From assembly GCF_009914755.1 (NCBI RefSeq), contig NC_060929.1: a stretch of DNA of 64,000 nucleotides. The stretch is one strand, 5' to 3'. This stretch comes from the human T2T-CHM13v2.0 reference genome, Homo sapiens. Positions 41,215-61,002 of this stretch are shown here, in pieces. The notes beneath the pieces are model-generated. The model had not been told where the DNA came from and ran no database searches. It saw nothing but the letters and a program-made list of their open reading frames with translations. Numbering within the stretch: the first letter of the stretch is position 1; every line of letters starts with the position of its first letter. The translations under genes were made by a program, and so were the position numbers.

Positions 41215-41605
41215 GCACTAGGACATGCGGCCACCCAAAATACATATGTCTAGTCTCCTTTCAGCTTGGTTTGATGATGTGACTAAATTCTAGCCAATAG
41301 GAAATAAGGATCTGTTTCACCTTGGAGAAAATGTCCTTAATAGGATAGAGCATGCTCCTATGTCTATTTCTTTTTCTCACTGATTAAAATATAGACATGA
41401 CAATTGGATCTGGGTCAGCCATCTTGGATCACAAGAGAGAAACAATAGGACAAAAGGAGCTTGGAGTTCCTGATGATTTTGGAACTACTAAAATAGCCCT
41501 GGACTTCTTAAGTTTTTATAAGACAGAAATAAATGTCTGTTTTGCTTACACCATGGATATTTTGGGTTTTCTGTCACTCAGTCAAATCTAATCCTAAGTA
41601 ATATA
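41215..41605 (+). mobile_element. MLT1I/J-like MaLR LTR
   Basis: 'atgtgactaaattctagccaatagg', 'cagccatcttggatc', 'ggagcttggagttcctgatga', 'gaaataaatgtctgttttgctta'. Confidence 0.7.
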
Positions 41606-43774
41606 TTCTGTACTGCAAATTCACTTAAGATTTTAGCAAATAAAATGAATAACAAATACAATATATTAACATTTATATTTTAAGAGGAAAAAAGAAACCC
41701 ATAATGTTGTCATTCTAATAGCTCTATTTTCCAAAAATACCATTGTTGTTTTACTCAGGTATGTATCTTTCTTGGATTCAAGTTTTTTTTAGAAAATTTT
41801 ATTCTAGCTTTGTAACTAGAAAGGCTATTGTGCATTATTCTATAACTGATTTAGAGCTCCCAAATCCTACTTTCTCTTTGATTTACCTATAGATATCTCT
41901 CTCCCTCCCTGCCTCCCTCTCTTCCTTATTTTCTTTTTTTCTTTGTTGGTGCTGCTGCTTTCCTCCTCCTTCTCTTGCTCATTTTACTCCTCTACCTTCT
42001 CCTTCTTCTTCATATATTGAGAGAAATGTTTTGGGTCACTTTTAAGATAATCTGTTTTAAAAAAGGAAAATAAACCAGTTTGTGGGTTAATATCTGTGGG
42101 ACTCAATTTCAGCATTCTTGTACAGTGCTTTAAAGACCCCTTCTCTGCCTTGGCAGAGATCCTGGTCCAAGCATACAATGCATAGCTATTTATAAGTGAA
42201 GGGTTGTTGTTACCCTTTCACTCTTTTGAAGGATTAAGTCCTAAGAACCTTAACGGATACTCCCTTTGGGTACAATTATGTTGTTTACTAAACACTTCTT
42301 TTTTGTTTCAGCTATACTAGATGGACCTTGAAGAAAGATCTCTGCCATGTGTATTTCTGAGCACCTCAAAGAATAGTTTATTTGTTATTCAAGAAGGCAG
42401 ATAGGCAAGAGAAGTAGCTTCTGAGCATGGGCCAAACTCTGCTCTGTTGTATATCCTCATCCTTCAACTGCCAAGGCCTAGGGAAGGGATGGCACCACAT
42501 GGCAGACAGTGTGCTCAGGTCATTTTTAGCACCTTGTCTGAGACTTCAGGGACTGCCAAGAGTAGCATGACTAATACCTCTGTTGGAACAGTGTATTACA
42601 TAGTGTGTCTATGTGTTTGACGTTGTACTAAAAACACCAGTCAATACAATAGAAAATGTTTTCAACAGTAACTGTAAAAATCACAAAGTGTTCTTCACTT
42701 AGATGGTTACTTCTGATATGAACATTTGGTAAATAAAATGAAGACAAAACATTTAATCTAATTCAAAGAAAGACTTTCCACGGAGAAACTTAACTTTGTG
42801 AGGCATAGGCTTGTAACTCTCTGATTAATTTCCTTAATCCTGGAAAAGAATTTAGAATACCTTGTTCAGCTATGGTTTGTATGCGTCATAGTACACTCAC
42901 TCTCACTTATTTTTGCTAGCTCTTTTAGGACAAGTTAAAAGCTTAGTTGATATAGTGAAACAAGTGCATTTTGTGTAGCTGTATGGTTTGGCTGCCAGAC
43001 AGATGGATGAAAACTTACAATAGATGAGAAAGTTGTTCAATGGGACTAAAACATTACTGTCACAAAGTACAGAAATTCAGATTCAGCTGTCTGCTAGTCT
43101 GCCCCCACCTTCAGCCCTGGTTTCTAGTAGAGGGAATAGAAGAAGCGAGGTGAGACTAGTGATTCTGGGTAATCTTTTATCCCTTAAATTCTACGCTGCA
43201 TGACTCATCAGATAAAATTGCTCCCAAGTATTCCTCCAAAGGTTTACTCAACCCTATTTTCTTCTGAAAGTAGCAAGCTATGGTGGGAAGAGATCGTTGT
43301 AGATTTTTTTTTCTCTCACTTTCTTCAAACTTATCAGTGCTGCCACCTGAACCTATAAACCTTGTTCTATAGGAGAGAAATGATATTAAATGCATTTTGG
43401 GAACAGATTTAACAATACCCTCATCCTTCTCAGACAAACAGAAAAATTATTGTGTCCCTCTACTTTCTCCAGGAGACTTAAGCTGAGTAAGGGTCTTCAG
43501 AACTAAAGAATCTCAGTCCTACTTGAGAGGCTTCATCAAGAAATGGTCATGTACATGTGGGAATAAGCAAGCATCAGAAATAACCAAAGTTAGAAGGTTT
43601 CAATGTTTCTTCTCTTCCACTTTGAAGGGTATTCAGTGGTTCTGTGGCTCCAGAAGGACTCAGTTGTGATTTCAGTGGTCATGATGGTGGCAGGCATGAA
43701 CTAGTATCATGCCATCTGGGAAAATTGTCCTGACTATGTGTTTATATAATTGATGCCCACCTGCCACCAAAACT

Positions 43775-43885
43775 GTGAGTTCCCAGCAGTCAAGGATAGT
43801 GTCTGTCGTATTCACATTGGTAGCTTCAACACCTAGCACTGTCCTGGCACGTAGTAGGATCTGAATGGATTTTTTTGAATGAATG
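43775..43885 (+). mobile_element. L2 3' end
   Basis: 'actgtgagttcc...acctagcactgtcctggcacgtagtagg...ttgaatgaatga'. Confidence 0.7.
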
Positions 43886-44616
43886 ATTTTAATAGCAAAC
43901 TGCAGGAGGTTCCTTGAACTCCACAGAATAGCCATTTCTAATACAGCTTCAGACAGGAATGTTGAAATAAATGACAACCATAGGATATAGGCAGTTGCAC
44001 TTTGTCATGAAAATTTTTTTCCACTTGTTTAGGCATAAATTAGATTTTTTTCCTATAAGAAATGATCAGCCAAGGGAAATCACATTAGCAATATTTAGAA
44101 AAATAAGACATACTAGACATGGATGGATTCTTTTTAACTTTAAGTATTAAGAATTGCCATTTAACTCAAACATCTGGTAAGATATATCACTATAAATCAT
44201 TTTTTGAATAACCAAAATCTTGTTTACTTATATTGCCGTTTACTTTAAGGCAGCTATTCCTCTCTATGGGCCCCATAAAGAGCATCAGAATTTTATGGAA
44301 TTTATGGTCATTGTAAATACTATCATGTAGCTACTACACATCTTAGCTATACTAGTCTTTTTTAAACTAGTAAAAGAAATAAAAGAGGAGAAAACAAAGC
44401 AAAATCTGCCTTTCCTGGCATATTCATCTAAAAGAAACCTCAAACTATTATGAATACTTAACAACAGTGTCTGTGTCTGAAACAGCACAAATATTGCTCT
44501 CTGATTTTCGAACTCCCTTTGCTGAACAATCTCTAATTTTCTTCCCATCTCTCACAGCTTGCCTAAGAAGTATTTTTGCCTATAATATCATAATCATGCA
44601 TTAAACAATTCTATGA

Positions 44617-44958
<342 letters not shown>

Positions 44959-46958
44959 TGCATGGTTTATTTTTCAAGAGTGAGAAACCTTCCCTTTTTT
45001 TAATCATGTTTTTTTCTTATTCACACATTTTATAAATAAATATTCAAAGACTTCTACATAAAACTTTAAAAAATATAATTGTACCGTACAGTAGTTTCAT
45101 CTTTAGTGTTATTAATGAAAATCAATATTGGAATATTGGGATCAGAGCAACACAAATGCTTCCTCCATTAGTGACCCGCAATCACTAAAGATTTGATCAT
45201 CAAAAAGAGGGAAATCCAGGATATCTCTAGAGATGTTTCCTCTTACAATGAGTACTGCTTCATCTCTTCAGTTGTAATTCTATTTAGACTAAACTTAATA
45301 AGGCCTTGATGGTACATGTGAAAGATGAAATTATGTAAATACCTTTGTTAGGCCTAGCTGCTCAAGAAAAGCCTTCCAGCTGAGAAATGGGAGGCATACT
45401 CTTCCTTTTCCTTAGTGCTCATGGCAAGTCTAAACCAAGTCCAAACCAAAGCTGAAACAGTGGCAACTTGTAGTTTGCATGATTGTTTATTTGTTTTCTA
45501 AGTAAGTAGAAGAAATAAGGTATTTTATAATTCAAAAATTTTAAATTTAGTAGGTTTTGAGAAGGAAAACAGTACAATAAAAAAGATAGGGGAAACAAAA
45601 TATCATAATATCTGTCCTTGGATGCTTAATCGGACCCACAATCCTTTGTGTGGTATTTCTGAAGGAGCCACTAGCAAGCTTATCAGAACACCAAGTTCTG
45701 ACAAAATGACAGGATCTTGTCACATGTTCCTGATAAGTGTGTGATCTTGGTCTTATTCTCAAGCTGCTGCAGAACTCGACTGCCATTGAAATGTGCAAAA
45801 GAAAAATTTCCTGGCATCTTAAAAAAAATGTCGAAGTCAGTTACTCCACAAGTAAGTCTTACCTCATTTATGAAACAACAACAAAAAAATCTAAATTCTG
45901 TTGGTTAGCTGTGAGTAGCTTTTTAGGGCTTATTTATTCAGTACATTCATTTCATTGCTTTCACATGTTAATAGCTATTCATTCACTGTTCCCTCTGAAT
46001 TGCATCTTAACAAGATTATGCTCCTTTTTCTAATTTATTGAACTAGCATGGAATATATTTATATAAAAATTAGCTGCTTAAATACTTCCTTGATGAAAAA
46101 CATAGCTGTTTTAATTTTATTATGAATTTTAATCAGGAAAAAAATGACCTTTGAAATTTTCTTCTACCTCATTTTATATTTGTGTGTGCTTGTGCTTCTC
46201 TCTCTTTATGTAATTAGACATCTTTATAATTTAATTAAATTTTATATAAAAAACATGTGACTGGACAGTAAAAGTTTGTTTTGAAAGAAAAATCTTAAGG
46301 AAACAGTTAATAAATTAATATGACTAACAGAAGACGGCTTGTTTTCTTTGAAAATACTAATTCTTCCAGTGCAGTGCATCTATTTCACAATAAAACATAT
46401 TCTGGTTTTCTTTTGATTTAGAAAAAAAAATCCTCTGAAGCTAATCCAAAAATGCCCTGTTCTCAGTTTCTTTTGATGCAAAGTTCCAAGCCTTTTGGGG
46501 ATCTACTGTAATTGTTGCCAGTCTAACAAGTGCCTCTTCATACCATACCCAAAATACCAACTCACAAAAATGGTTCTCTGATAAGAGAAACCAAATTTTT
46601 GTCTCCTGTTTGAAGATTACAAAAACCTGTATGACTGGAATGAAGCTTTAAATAAACTGGTGGTCCTTAAAGACTTTAATGTATAAAAGAATGTACCACA
46701 GAGTATTGTTAAATGTCTATTTTCAAACCCCAGCTTCAAAGAGGCTGATCCAATAGGTGTGAATTAGGGTTTAGGAATAATTTGTAATGAGTAACCTCAA
46801 GTGATTATCATGCTGGCTGTCCCAGGACCACACTGAGAATGCAGAGAATACTTATCAAGTTACTAATGCAATTATTCTTTTCAATGTTAAGATGAAAACC
46901 AATTAAGGTCATGTCAACTTTATGAAAGAAATTTGCAGGTTAGTGTGTTTGGTTGTGA

Positions 46959-48696
<1,738 letters not shown>

Positions 48697-49680
48697 ATCT
48701 GAATAGACATTTCTTAAAAGAAGACATACAAATGGCCATTAGGTAAATGGAAAAAATGCTTAACATCAGTAACCAAATGCAAATCAGAATTACAATGAGA
48801 TATCATCTCACTCCTGTTAAAATGGCCTTTATGAAAACAAAAAAGAAACAAAAAATCTCAGGCAATAACAGACACTGGTGAGGATGTAAAAAAAGAAGAA
48901 TACTTGTACACTGTTGGTGGGAATCTAAATTAGTACAGCCCCTATGGAGAACAGCATAGAGGTTCCTCAGAAATTGAAAGATAGAACTACCATAAGATCC
49001 AGCAATTCCACTACTGGTCATATTGCTTACAAAAGGGAAATCCAGTATATTGAAAAGATATCTGCACTCCATGTTTATTTGAGCACTAACCATAATAGCC
49101 AAAAGGTGGAATAAACCTAAGTGCCCATCAGGGAATGAATGGATAAAGAAAATATGGTCTATACATACAATAGAATATTGTTAATCCATTAAAAAAGCAT
49201 GAAATCCTGTCATATGTTAGCAACATGGATGGAACTGGAGGTCATTATATTAAATGACATAAGTGAAATGCACAAAGTCAAATATTCCATATTCTTATTC
49301 ATATGTGTGTGTTTAAACTTGTTTCTCATAAACATAGATAATCAATTTGTGGTTGCCAGAGGCCAAGAAGGTAAGGGGGAGGAGGATTTGAAGAAAAGGT
49401 GATTAGTGGGTACAAATATGTGGTTTGATGGAAGAAATAAGAATTAGTGTTAGATAGATCAGTAGAGTAACTATAGTTCACAATAATGTATTTACATTTT
49501 GAAAGAGCTAAAAGAGAATAATTCAAATGGTTCTAGTATTAAAAAAAAGAAAACTATTTAAGTGGGTAGATATCCCAGGTACACTATTTTGATGTTTACA
49601 CTTTATATCAATATATTACATTTTCACATGTACTCCCAAACCATGTACATCTATTATGCATCAGTAAACATTTTTTGAAA
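48697..49680 (+). mobile_element. Sense 3' segment of the same L1MA (L1MA4/5-like)
   Basis: Starts 'atctgaatagacatttcttaaaagaagacatacaaatggcc'; L1MA-type 3' UTR ends 'catgtacatctattatgcatcagtaaa'. Confidence 0.9.
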
Positions 49681-49736
49681 AAAGATAAGAAAGACAGAAA
49701 ACATAAATGTGGTCATCTTAAAATGGAGATGCTTGG

Positions 49737-49738
<2 letters not shown>

Positions 49739-49771
<33 letters not shown>

Positions 49772-49777
49772 TGTGTG
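49739..49777 (+). repeat. (TG)n microsatellite
   Basis: About 16 TG units. Confidence 0.97.
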
Positions 49778-50175
49778 AGTCTAGTAATGGAAACTTCCCT
49801 TGGCTTAACTGGTACTCATAAGACAAAGTAATCCATTTTGTTGCTGTTGTTGATTTATCAGAAAATGTAACATCACAGGGATTATGTTTGAAAATTATAG
49901 GTAATTTAAGAAACTAATTGGTAACAAACATTTTCCAATTTGCACCACTTTATCATGCAACTATTCTCCTTAACCCCGAAGATAACTTTTCACTTTTCAA
50001 TGTTTTTACTTTCAGTGAGTTTTTAATGCCTATTCATCACATCATGACCACAGGGTAGAATTACAAGTCATTTTCCAAGAGAAAGAACCATTGGACCTTA
50101 GAACAAAAAGGAAACAAAGCATTTAGTTTAATGGCCATGTTTAACATAAGAATCTGATTTGTTAGAGTCCTTAAG

Positions 50176-50700
50176 TGTCTGTCTAACTTCCCCAGAAAGC
50201 TTAGAGCCTGAAGCAAATGTTTATGTGATATTAATTTATTAAGGAGTACAATCTCAGGGAAGCAGGATGTGGGGGAAGGAGAGAGAAGGAGGGAATGTGT
50301 TACCCAGCTGCCTACCACTTGGTACAGATTCAGACGATTAGTTGATTTTGCAGGACCATATTCTGAGAGGGCATATGAACAAATGTTTCTCAAATAAGCC
50401 TGTCCACAGGTAGGAGAAGAGATGAATTTCTCCACTGCTTTCTACCTCCCATTGGTCATAGTTTTGCTCCACGGATGTCAATTCTCTTGTATTTCCAGGC
50501 TACAAACTTCATCACTGACAGAATTCCTGGGGCAATAAGTCAGAGTTCTGTAGTGCAGTCAGGAGACTAACAACTTTGTGCCCTATGAGGTTAGTAGCTC
50601 AGTGGAGCTGGATGGAGCTCATGCAGAGTTTTTGGCCATGGCAATGCCTCAGATAAAACAAGTGGCCAAGGGCCTCAGAGATAAGCAAGGCTCTTAGGAG
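50176..50700 (-). mobile_element. LTR16-like ERVL LTR
   Basis: 'ttccccagaaagcttagagcctgaagcaa...tttattaaggagtacaatctcagggaagcagga'; right boundary uncertain. Confidence 0.55.
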
Positions 50701-51378
50701 GCAGAAAGGAGGGAGGTTTGATCCAATTAAGTTTCCTGTGGGTATGGCAGAATCAAGGGTAAAACATGCTTATGTGAAATGCATTTTTAAAAATTCTGAT
50801 CATAATTTTTTAACCATGGCAAACAAGAAAAAGGAAAGCAGATGACTTTTGCATTGATGTTGTTTCCTTCAGAAAAATGTATTTTATGTTCTTAAGAAAA
50901 AGAAGCAACTGGCATATGTTTCTGACAATATGGCAGATTAGAATTGAAAAATCTTCTTTGCATAACATACTAGATAAAAAGGTAGCCAACATACCTTTAA
51001 ATTTGTAGTGAAACAAGTGAAAAAGTAAGGACATTGAACTATATTAAGAATAGGAACTTCTGTTGATCAAAAGGCATTATTAAGAGATTGAAAGTGCAAG
51101 ATAGAAGGGAAGAAAATCATAAATAACAAAAACTGTTTATATTCAAAGTATATAAAAGGCTCCTGTAAAACAATATACATTTCCAAAAAGTTTAGATGAA
51201 CCCACTAGTAAAATGGCTTGATTTTTTTCCCCAAAGGTTATTTATGTTCAAATGTTCAATGAGGATGTGAAAATGTTCTCTGCACTAACAGGGACATGTA
51301 AATTAAAACTGCAAGGAGATACCAGCACACACTCACCAGACTACCTAAACTTAAAAAGACTGGGAATGGTAAGGATGC

Positions 51379-51867
51379 TGATGGGTTTAAGGACACTCTA
51401 CTCCAAATATGGCCCCATGGCATATTGAATATTTTAATCTGAGGAAGTTAGAGAAATGACAAGTGCAGGAAGGAGTTTCTAGTCTTCTCCTGAAGCAGGT
51501 CATAAGCCCCTCATGTGAAGGAGTCCCCCACTTTTCCTGCAAAAGCAGCATCCTTATCTCTGAAGACAGATGGATGCCAAGAAGAATCTGAGTGACAAGG
51601 TCTTGCTAAGTTTCCCCCAGTCAACTACCCTCAGCTTGTATCCCTTTTTGTCCTATCTCATTTGCCTACAACTCTCTGCTTTTCATTAAACTCAGTATAA
51701 AAACACTGAGGTTTAATTGTTTCTTCAGGTCTTCCTTTCATTATGAAAGCTCCCGTGTTGTAAAACATAGATTAAATACATTTTTGTGCTTTTCTCTTGT
51801 TAATTTTTTTGTTGTTGTTATAGAGCCCTCAGCAGAGAAATTAGAAGGGTAGAAGAGAATCCTTACC
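51379..51867 (+). mobile_element. MER34-family ERV1 solo LTR
   Basis: 'tgatgggtttaaggacactctactccaaatatggc...catattgaatattttaa...cttctcctgaagcaggtcataag...tagaagggtagaag'; approximate TSD atgc/atgt. Confidence 0.75.
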
Positions 51868-51951
51868 ATGTGAAATAACTGGAATTCTACAATTTGCTGG
51901 TGGTATATATCAGCACAACTATTATGGAAAACTGTTTGGTAGTATTACCAA

Positions 51952-52493
51952 TGAAGAGGTTCAAAATATGCCACCTCAAAATATATCATTTTGGAAAATG
52001 GAATGTTTTGAGCTAAAGGCAATTGAGAACTAGCAGGCCCAGAAAAAGCTTTTAATTTCCTCCTTAACCACTTATAATAGTGTATAAATTTCCACTTTTG
52101 TAAAAGAAATTTTCATCAGTAAAAATATCTGTATTAGGAAGACAGTTACTCTCAGAGACAATTTTTATCACCTGAGAGACTCTTCAAGGCATAGCAAGGC
52201 AACTTTTATTAACTATACTTTTCCTCCTCTCACACTCCCATAATTTACCTCCTCCCCCATACCCAGAAGCCCCAAATCGCTGTTTCTTTGCATAGCCCAG
52301 GACAATATATGTCTCAGTGGAGTCTCAGCAGTCTTAGGCTACTTCAAGTCTCATATATTTTTGTGAAACTTCCATGCATACTTATATTTGTGATAATTTT
52401 TTTTCCTTCTGTTATCCTGTGTTATGTCAAATTAACTCTTAAGGCAGCCAGAGAACCTAGAAGGGTAGAAGAAAGCTTTTTTTGTTCCCTACA
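51952..52493 (+). mobile_element. MER34/MER39-family ERV1 solo LTR
   Basis: 'tgaagaggttcaaaatatgccacctcaaaatat...ttttgagctaaaggcaattgagaac...agaacctagaagggtagaagaaag...ccctaca'. Confidence 0.75.
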
Positions 52494-52550
52494 CTGGCCT
52501 TAAGAATATGTGTATCCTATGATCCAGAAATTCCATTTCTAGCATACACC

Positions 52551-52927
52551 TGTGAAAGAAAAATAACTTGGGCCCCTTCAAGCTAGAAACTGCTCAGGGC
52601 AAATCTGCCTCCCATTCTATTCAAAGTCATCCCTCTACCCACAGAGACAGATGCATATTCTGATTGCCTCCTTTGGAATGACTTACCAGAAACTCAAAAT
52701 AATGCAACCATTTCTCTCTCACCTACCTATGGCCTGGAAGTCCCCAGGGGAAGACTTGCTTTGAGTTGTCTCCACCTTTCTGGATGGAAGTACTGTACTT
52801 CTTACATATATTGATTGATGTCTCATGTCTCCCTAAAATGTATAAAACCAAGCTATGCCCCGACCACCTTAGGCACATGTTGTCAGCACTTCCTGAGGCT
52901 ATGTCATGAGCATGTCCTCAACCTTGG
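52551..52927 (+). mobile_element. MER4A-like ERV1 LTR, 3' end missing
   Basis: 'tgtgaaagaaaaataa...ctgcctcccattctattcaaagtca...gattgatgtctcatgtctccctaaaatgtataaaaccaagct...cctcaaccttgg'. Confidence 0.88.
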
Positions 52928-54569
52928 TGACCATTAATGTCCTCTAGCTCAGGATTCAGTTCTTTGTGATCTACATTCACTCAAACTGGGAGAGTTCCAT
53001 TGTCTCCTCAGGTTCACAGTTTTAGCAAAGTCTCTTTCAGATAGCCTCAAGTCAGCTTTACTTTTTATCCACTGTGATGGCTTCCAATTACAACTAGTCT
53101 CTCTCTTTTTGGTAGCAGTATTTAAAAACCCTGAAACAGTTTTTTGAACAGAGATTTCCTTCAAAATATGAAAGGCATTAATCTTCTATTTGTTACAACA
53201 GTGAAAAATTTTTTCTTTCCAGAAAGGTGTACCTAAAATAACAGATAACAGTCATGATACATCAAGAGATGTATTTCCCCCAAGAGAATGGAAAATACAT
53301 TCTTAAAAGCATGGTGAATATTAAGGGGGCTTTCATTTTACAAAGGAGAATTTAAATGGTCAAAGGTCTTCTGGGACACATATCTGCCTCATGGGGTTGT
53401 TAATATTAGAAATAAGAACAGTGAAGTTCCTGGTGCATAGTGGGTGCTAAGTCATTTATTATTAATTTCAGATTCCTTCCTCCAGGGAACTTTTGTACCA
53501 GCTTCTAAAATTATACTTTGGAAGGCAATTAATTTTAGTTTCTTATTTGATTCAGCCTTTAATTCACATTCATTCAATTTTCTTAGTTGTGAAAGCAGTG
53601 GAGTAGAAATACCAAATAATTGACTAAAGGAAGACTATTTCTTACATTAGATATATTACTGTACTACATTAGCTCCTGAATTTCTCCATGATTCTGACAT
53701 TTCACTGAGTTTGGACTGGGAGTTTCACCATGTGGTAAAACTCTCTTCAGAGAGTTCTGGCTTGCGATATTGAAATTTCTGTATGCCCCTCATCTCATGA
53801 TAAGATCTCTATATAAATGATGGCTTTGTTTAAAACAAAAGTACAACTTCGCTCAAGGTAAGCAGCCCTTGACTCAATTAGAAAAAGATTGAATTGAAAA
53901 GCAAAAATGTATTGCTTTTCTTGCCCCTCGTTCCTCCAGCAAAGAAAATCAGAGTTGGGAAATGCTCTAAACTGATTCTGCCTGATGGCTGAGCATGGAG
54001 TTTACCTTTGTGAAAAGGGAGAAATCAATAGAGATGACAAGGAAAGTTATACTTTTTAATAGCACTCTGGGGAATGAGAGGTGAGTTTGTGACCATTGGC
54101 ATCACAGATTTGTGTGACAACCTGATGTTCTGTTTCACGCTTAGAGACCCACCACACAGCCACATTCTCTACACAAACATCCTTCGAAAAAAAATTGTAG
54201 AAATATACAGCTAAGAACATGCATATGGTATAGAGCTTAGACCATACTTTAGGATCAATCTGACTTGGCTTTGAATCCTGACTTTGCTACTTCCTAACTG
54301 AAGGTGATAAACAGTGATTAGCATTTTCAAAAGCTTGGTGGTGGAAGCCAAGCAAAACTTAAGGTTGAGGAAGAGTTATGGGAGGAAGATTAATATAACA
54401 GAGCTTGAGCATGTTTATAACCTGAAGACCAGGAGAATTTAAAGAGGGTGTAGAGGGAGTATTTACTTAAGTTAATGTTTCCTTGTGTGAAAAACCGGCG
54501 TAACACAGATCTATTCAAGGTTGATACTGGAATTAAATTATTTTGTATGTATCATATATATGTATACAT

Positions 54570-54918
54570 ATTATTTTAATCTGTTTTGTGATACTATAAC
54601 AAAATACCACAGAGTGGGTAATTTACAAAGAGCAGAAATTTATTTCTGACAGTTCTGGAGGTTTGGAAGTCCAAGATCAAGGTGCTGGCATCTGGTGTCT
54701 GTTAAGAGCTGGGTCTCTACTCCCAAGATGGTGTCTTGAATGCCATATCCTCCAGAGCAGGTGAAAACTGTTCCTACATGGCAGAAGAGCAGAAGAGGAG
54801 AAACCCACTTCTGCAAGCCCTTCTTATAGTGGCACTCATCCATTAATGAGGGCTCTCCTCATGACATAAACACCTCCCATTAGACTCCACCTCCCAACAC
54901 TGTTGCTTTGGGGATTAA
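54570..54918 (-). mobile_element. MST (MSTC/D-like) MaLR LTR, ending at the L1 insertion site
   Basis: 'ctataacaaaataccacagagtgggtaatttac...cagttctggaggtttggaagtccaagatcaaggtgctggcatctgg...cctcccaacactgttgctttggggattaa'. Confidence 0.85.
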
Positions 54919-54940
54919 CTTTCTTTTTTTTTTTTTTGAT

Positions 54941-54979
<39 letters not shown>

Positions 54980-55189
54980 TTTTAATTATACTTTAAGTTT
55001 TAGGGTACATGTGCACATTGTGCAGGTTAGTTACATATGTATACATGTGCCATGCTGGTGCGCTGCACCCACTAACTCGTCATCTAGCATTAGGTATATC
55101 TCCCAGTGCTATCCCTCCCCCCTCCCACCTCCCCACCACAGTCCCCAGAGTGTGATATTCCCCTTCCTGTGTCCATGTGATCTCATTGT

Positions 55190-59016
<3,827 letters not shown>

Positions 59017-59079
59017 TATGATGTTAGCTGGTGATTTTGCTCGTTAGTTGATGCAGTTTCTTCCTAGTCTCGATGGTCT

Positions 59080-60096
59080 TTACATTTTGGCATGATTTTG
59101 CAGCAGCTGGTACCGGTTGTTCCTTTCCATGTTTAGCGCTTCCTTCAGGAGCTCTTTTAGGGCAGGCCTGGTGGTGACAAAATCTCTCAGCATTTGCTTG
59201 TCTGTAAAGTATTTTATTTCTCCTTCACTTATGAAGCTTAGTTTGGCTGGATATGAAATTCTGGGTTGAAAATTCTTTTCTTTAAGAATGTTGAATATTG
59301 GCCCCCACTCTCTTCTGGCTTGTAGGGTTTCTGCCGAGAGATCCGCTGTTAGTCTGATGGGCTTCCCTTTGAGGGTAACCCGATCTTTCTCTCTGGCTGC
59401 CCTTAACATTTTTTCCTTCATTTCAACTTTGGTGAATCTGACAATTATGTGTCTTGGAGTTGCTCTTCTCGAGGAGTATCTTTGTGGCGTTCTCTGTATT
59501 TCCTGAATCTGAATGTTGGCCTGCCTTGCTAGATTGGGGAAGTTCTCCTGGATAATATCCTGCAGAGTGTTTTCCAACTTGGTTCCATTCTCCGCATCAC
59601 TTTCAGGTACACCAATCAGATGTAGATTTGGTCTTTTCACATAGTCCCATATTTCTTGGAGGCTTTGCTCATTTCTTTTTATTCTTTTTTCTCTAAACTT
59701 CCCTTCTCACTTCATTTCATTCATTTCATCTTCCATCACTGATACCCTTTCTTCCAGTTGATCGCATCGGCTCCTGAGGCTTCTGCATTCTTCACATAGT
59801 TCTCGAGCCTTGGTTTTCAGCTCCATCAGCTCCTTTAAGCACTTCTCTGTATTGGTTATTCTAGTTATACATTCTTCTAAATTTTTTTCAAAGTTTCCAA
59901 CTTCTTTGCCTTTGGTTTGAATGTCCTCCCGTAGCTCAGGGTAATTTGATTGTCTGAAGCCTTCTTCTCTCAGCTCGTCAAAGTCATTCTCCATCCAGCT
60001 TTGTTCCGTTGCTGGTGAGGAACTGCGTTCCTTTGGAGGAGGAGAGGCACTCTGCTTTTTAGAGTTTCCAGTTTTTCTGTTCTGTTTTTTCCCCAT
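59080..60096 (-). pseudogene. L1 ORF1 (RNA-binding p40), single nonsense codon
   Basis: MGKKQNRKTGNSK...QNHAKM; 1017 nt = 339 codons in one frame, with TGA at codon 130 (59707-59709). Confidence 0.97.
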
Positions 60097-61002
60097 CTTT
60101 GTGGTTTTATCTACTTTTGGTCTTTGATGATGGTGATGTACAGATGGGTTTTTCGTGTGGATGTCCTTTCTGTTTGTTAGTTTTCCTTCTAACAGACAGG
60201 ACCCTCAGCTGCAGGTCTGTTGGAATACCCTGCCGTGTGAGGTGTCAGTGTGCCCCTGCTGGGGGGTGCCTCCCAGTTAGGCTGCCCAGGGGTCAGGGGT
60301 CAGGGACCCACTTGAGTAGGCAGTCTGCCCGTTCTCAGATCTCCAGCTGCGTGCTGGGAGAACCACTGCTCTCTTCAAAGCTGTCAGACAGGGACATTTA
60401 AGTCTGCAGAGGTTACTGCTGTCTTTTTGTTTGTCTGTGCCCTGCCCCCAGAGGTGGAGCCTACAGAGGCAGGCAGGCCTCCTTGAGCTGTGGTGGGCTC
60501 CACCCAGTTGGAGCTTTCCGGCTGCTTTGTTTACCTAATCAAGCCTGGGCAATGGCGGGCGCCCCTCCCCCAGCCTCGCTGCAGCCTTGCAGTTTGATCT
60601 CAGACTGCTGTGCTAGCAATCAAGGAGACTCCGTGGGGGTAGGACCCTCCGAGCCAGGTGTGGGATATAATCTCGTGGTGCGCCGTTTTTTAAGCCGGTC
60701 GGAAAAGCGCAGTATTCGGGTGTGAGTGACCCGATTTTCCAGGTGCCGTCTGTCACCCCTTTCTTTGACTCAGAAAGGGAACTCCCTGACCCCTTGCGCT
60801 TCCCAAGTGAGGCAATGCCTCACCCTGCTTCGGCTGGTGCACGGTGCACGCACCCACTGACCTGCGCCCACTTTCTGGCACTCCCTAGTGAGATGAACCC
60901 GGTACCTCAGATGGAAATGCAGAAATCATCCGTCTTCTGTGTCGCTCACGCTGGGAGCTGTAGACGGGAGCTGTTCCTATTCGGCCATCTTGGCTCCTCC
61001 CC
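60097..61002 (-). promoter_or_regulatory. L1 5' UTR: internal sense promoter (YY1 site) and antisense promoter
   Basis: YY1 core CAAGATGGCCG intact near the 5' end; relatively CpG-rich; activity is inferred from family knowledge only. Confidence 0.8.
60552..60725 (+). pseudogene. L1 antisense ORF0, truncated to 57 aa
   Basis: MAGAPPPASLQPCSLISDCCASNQGDSVGVGPSEPGVGYNLVVRRFLSRSEKRSIRV*; Kozak-like gcaATGg; canonical ORF0 is 71 aa. Confidence 0.85.

Larger units (their letters stand above)
51030..52550 (+). mobile_element. L1ME ORF2 C-terminal fragment split by LTRs (pieces 51030-51378, 51868-51951, 52494-52550)
   Basis: Collinear L1 motifs: 'aattaaaactgcaaggagataccagcacacactcaccaga', 'ggaaaactgtttggtagta', 'cctatgatccagaaattccatttctag'. 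Confidence 0.7.
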
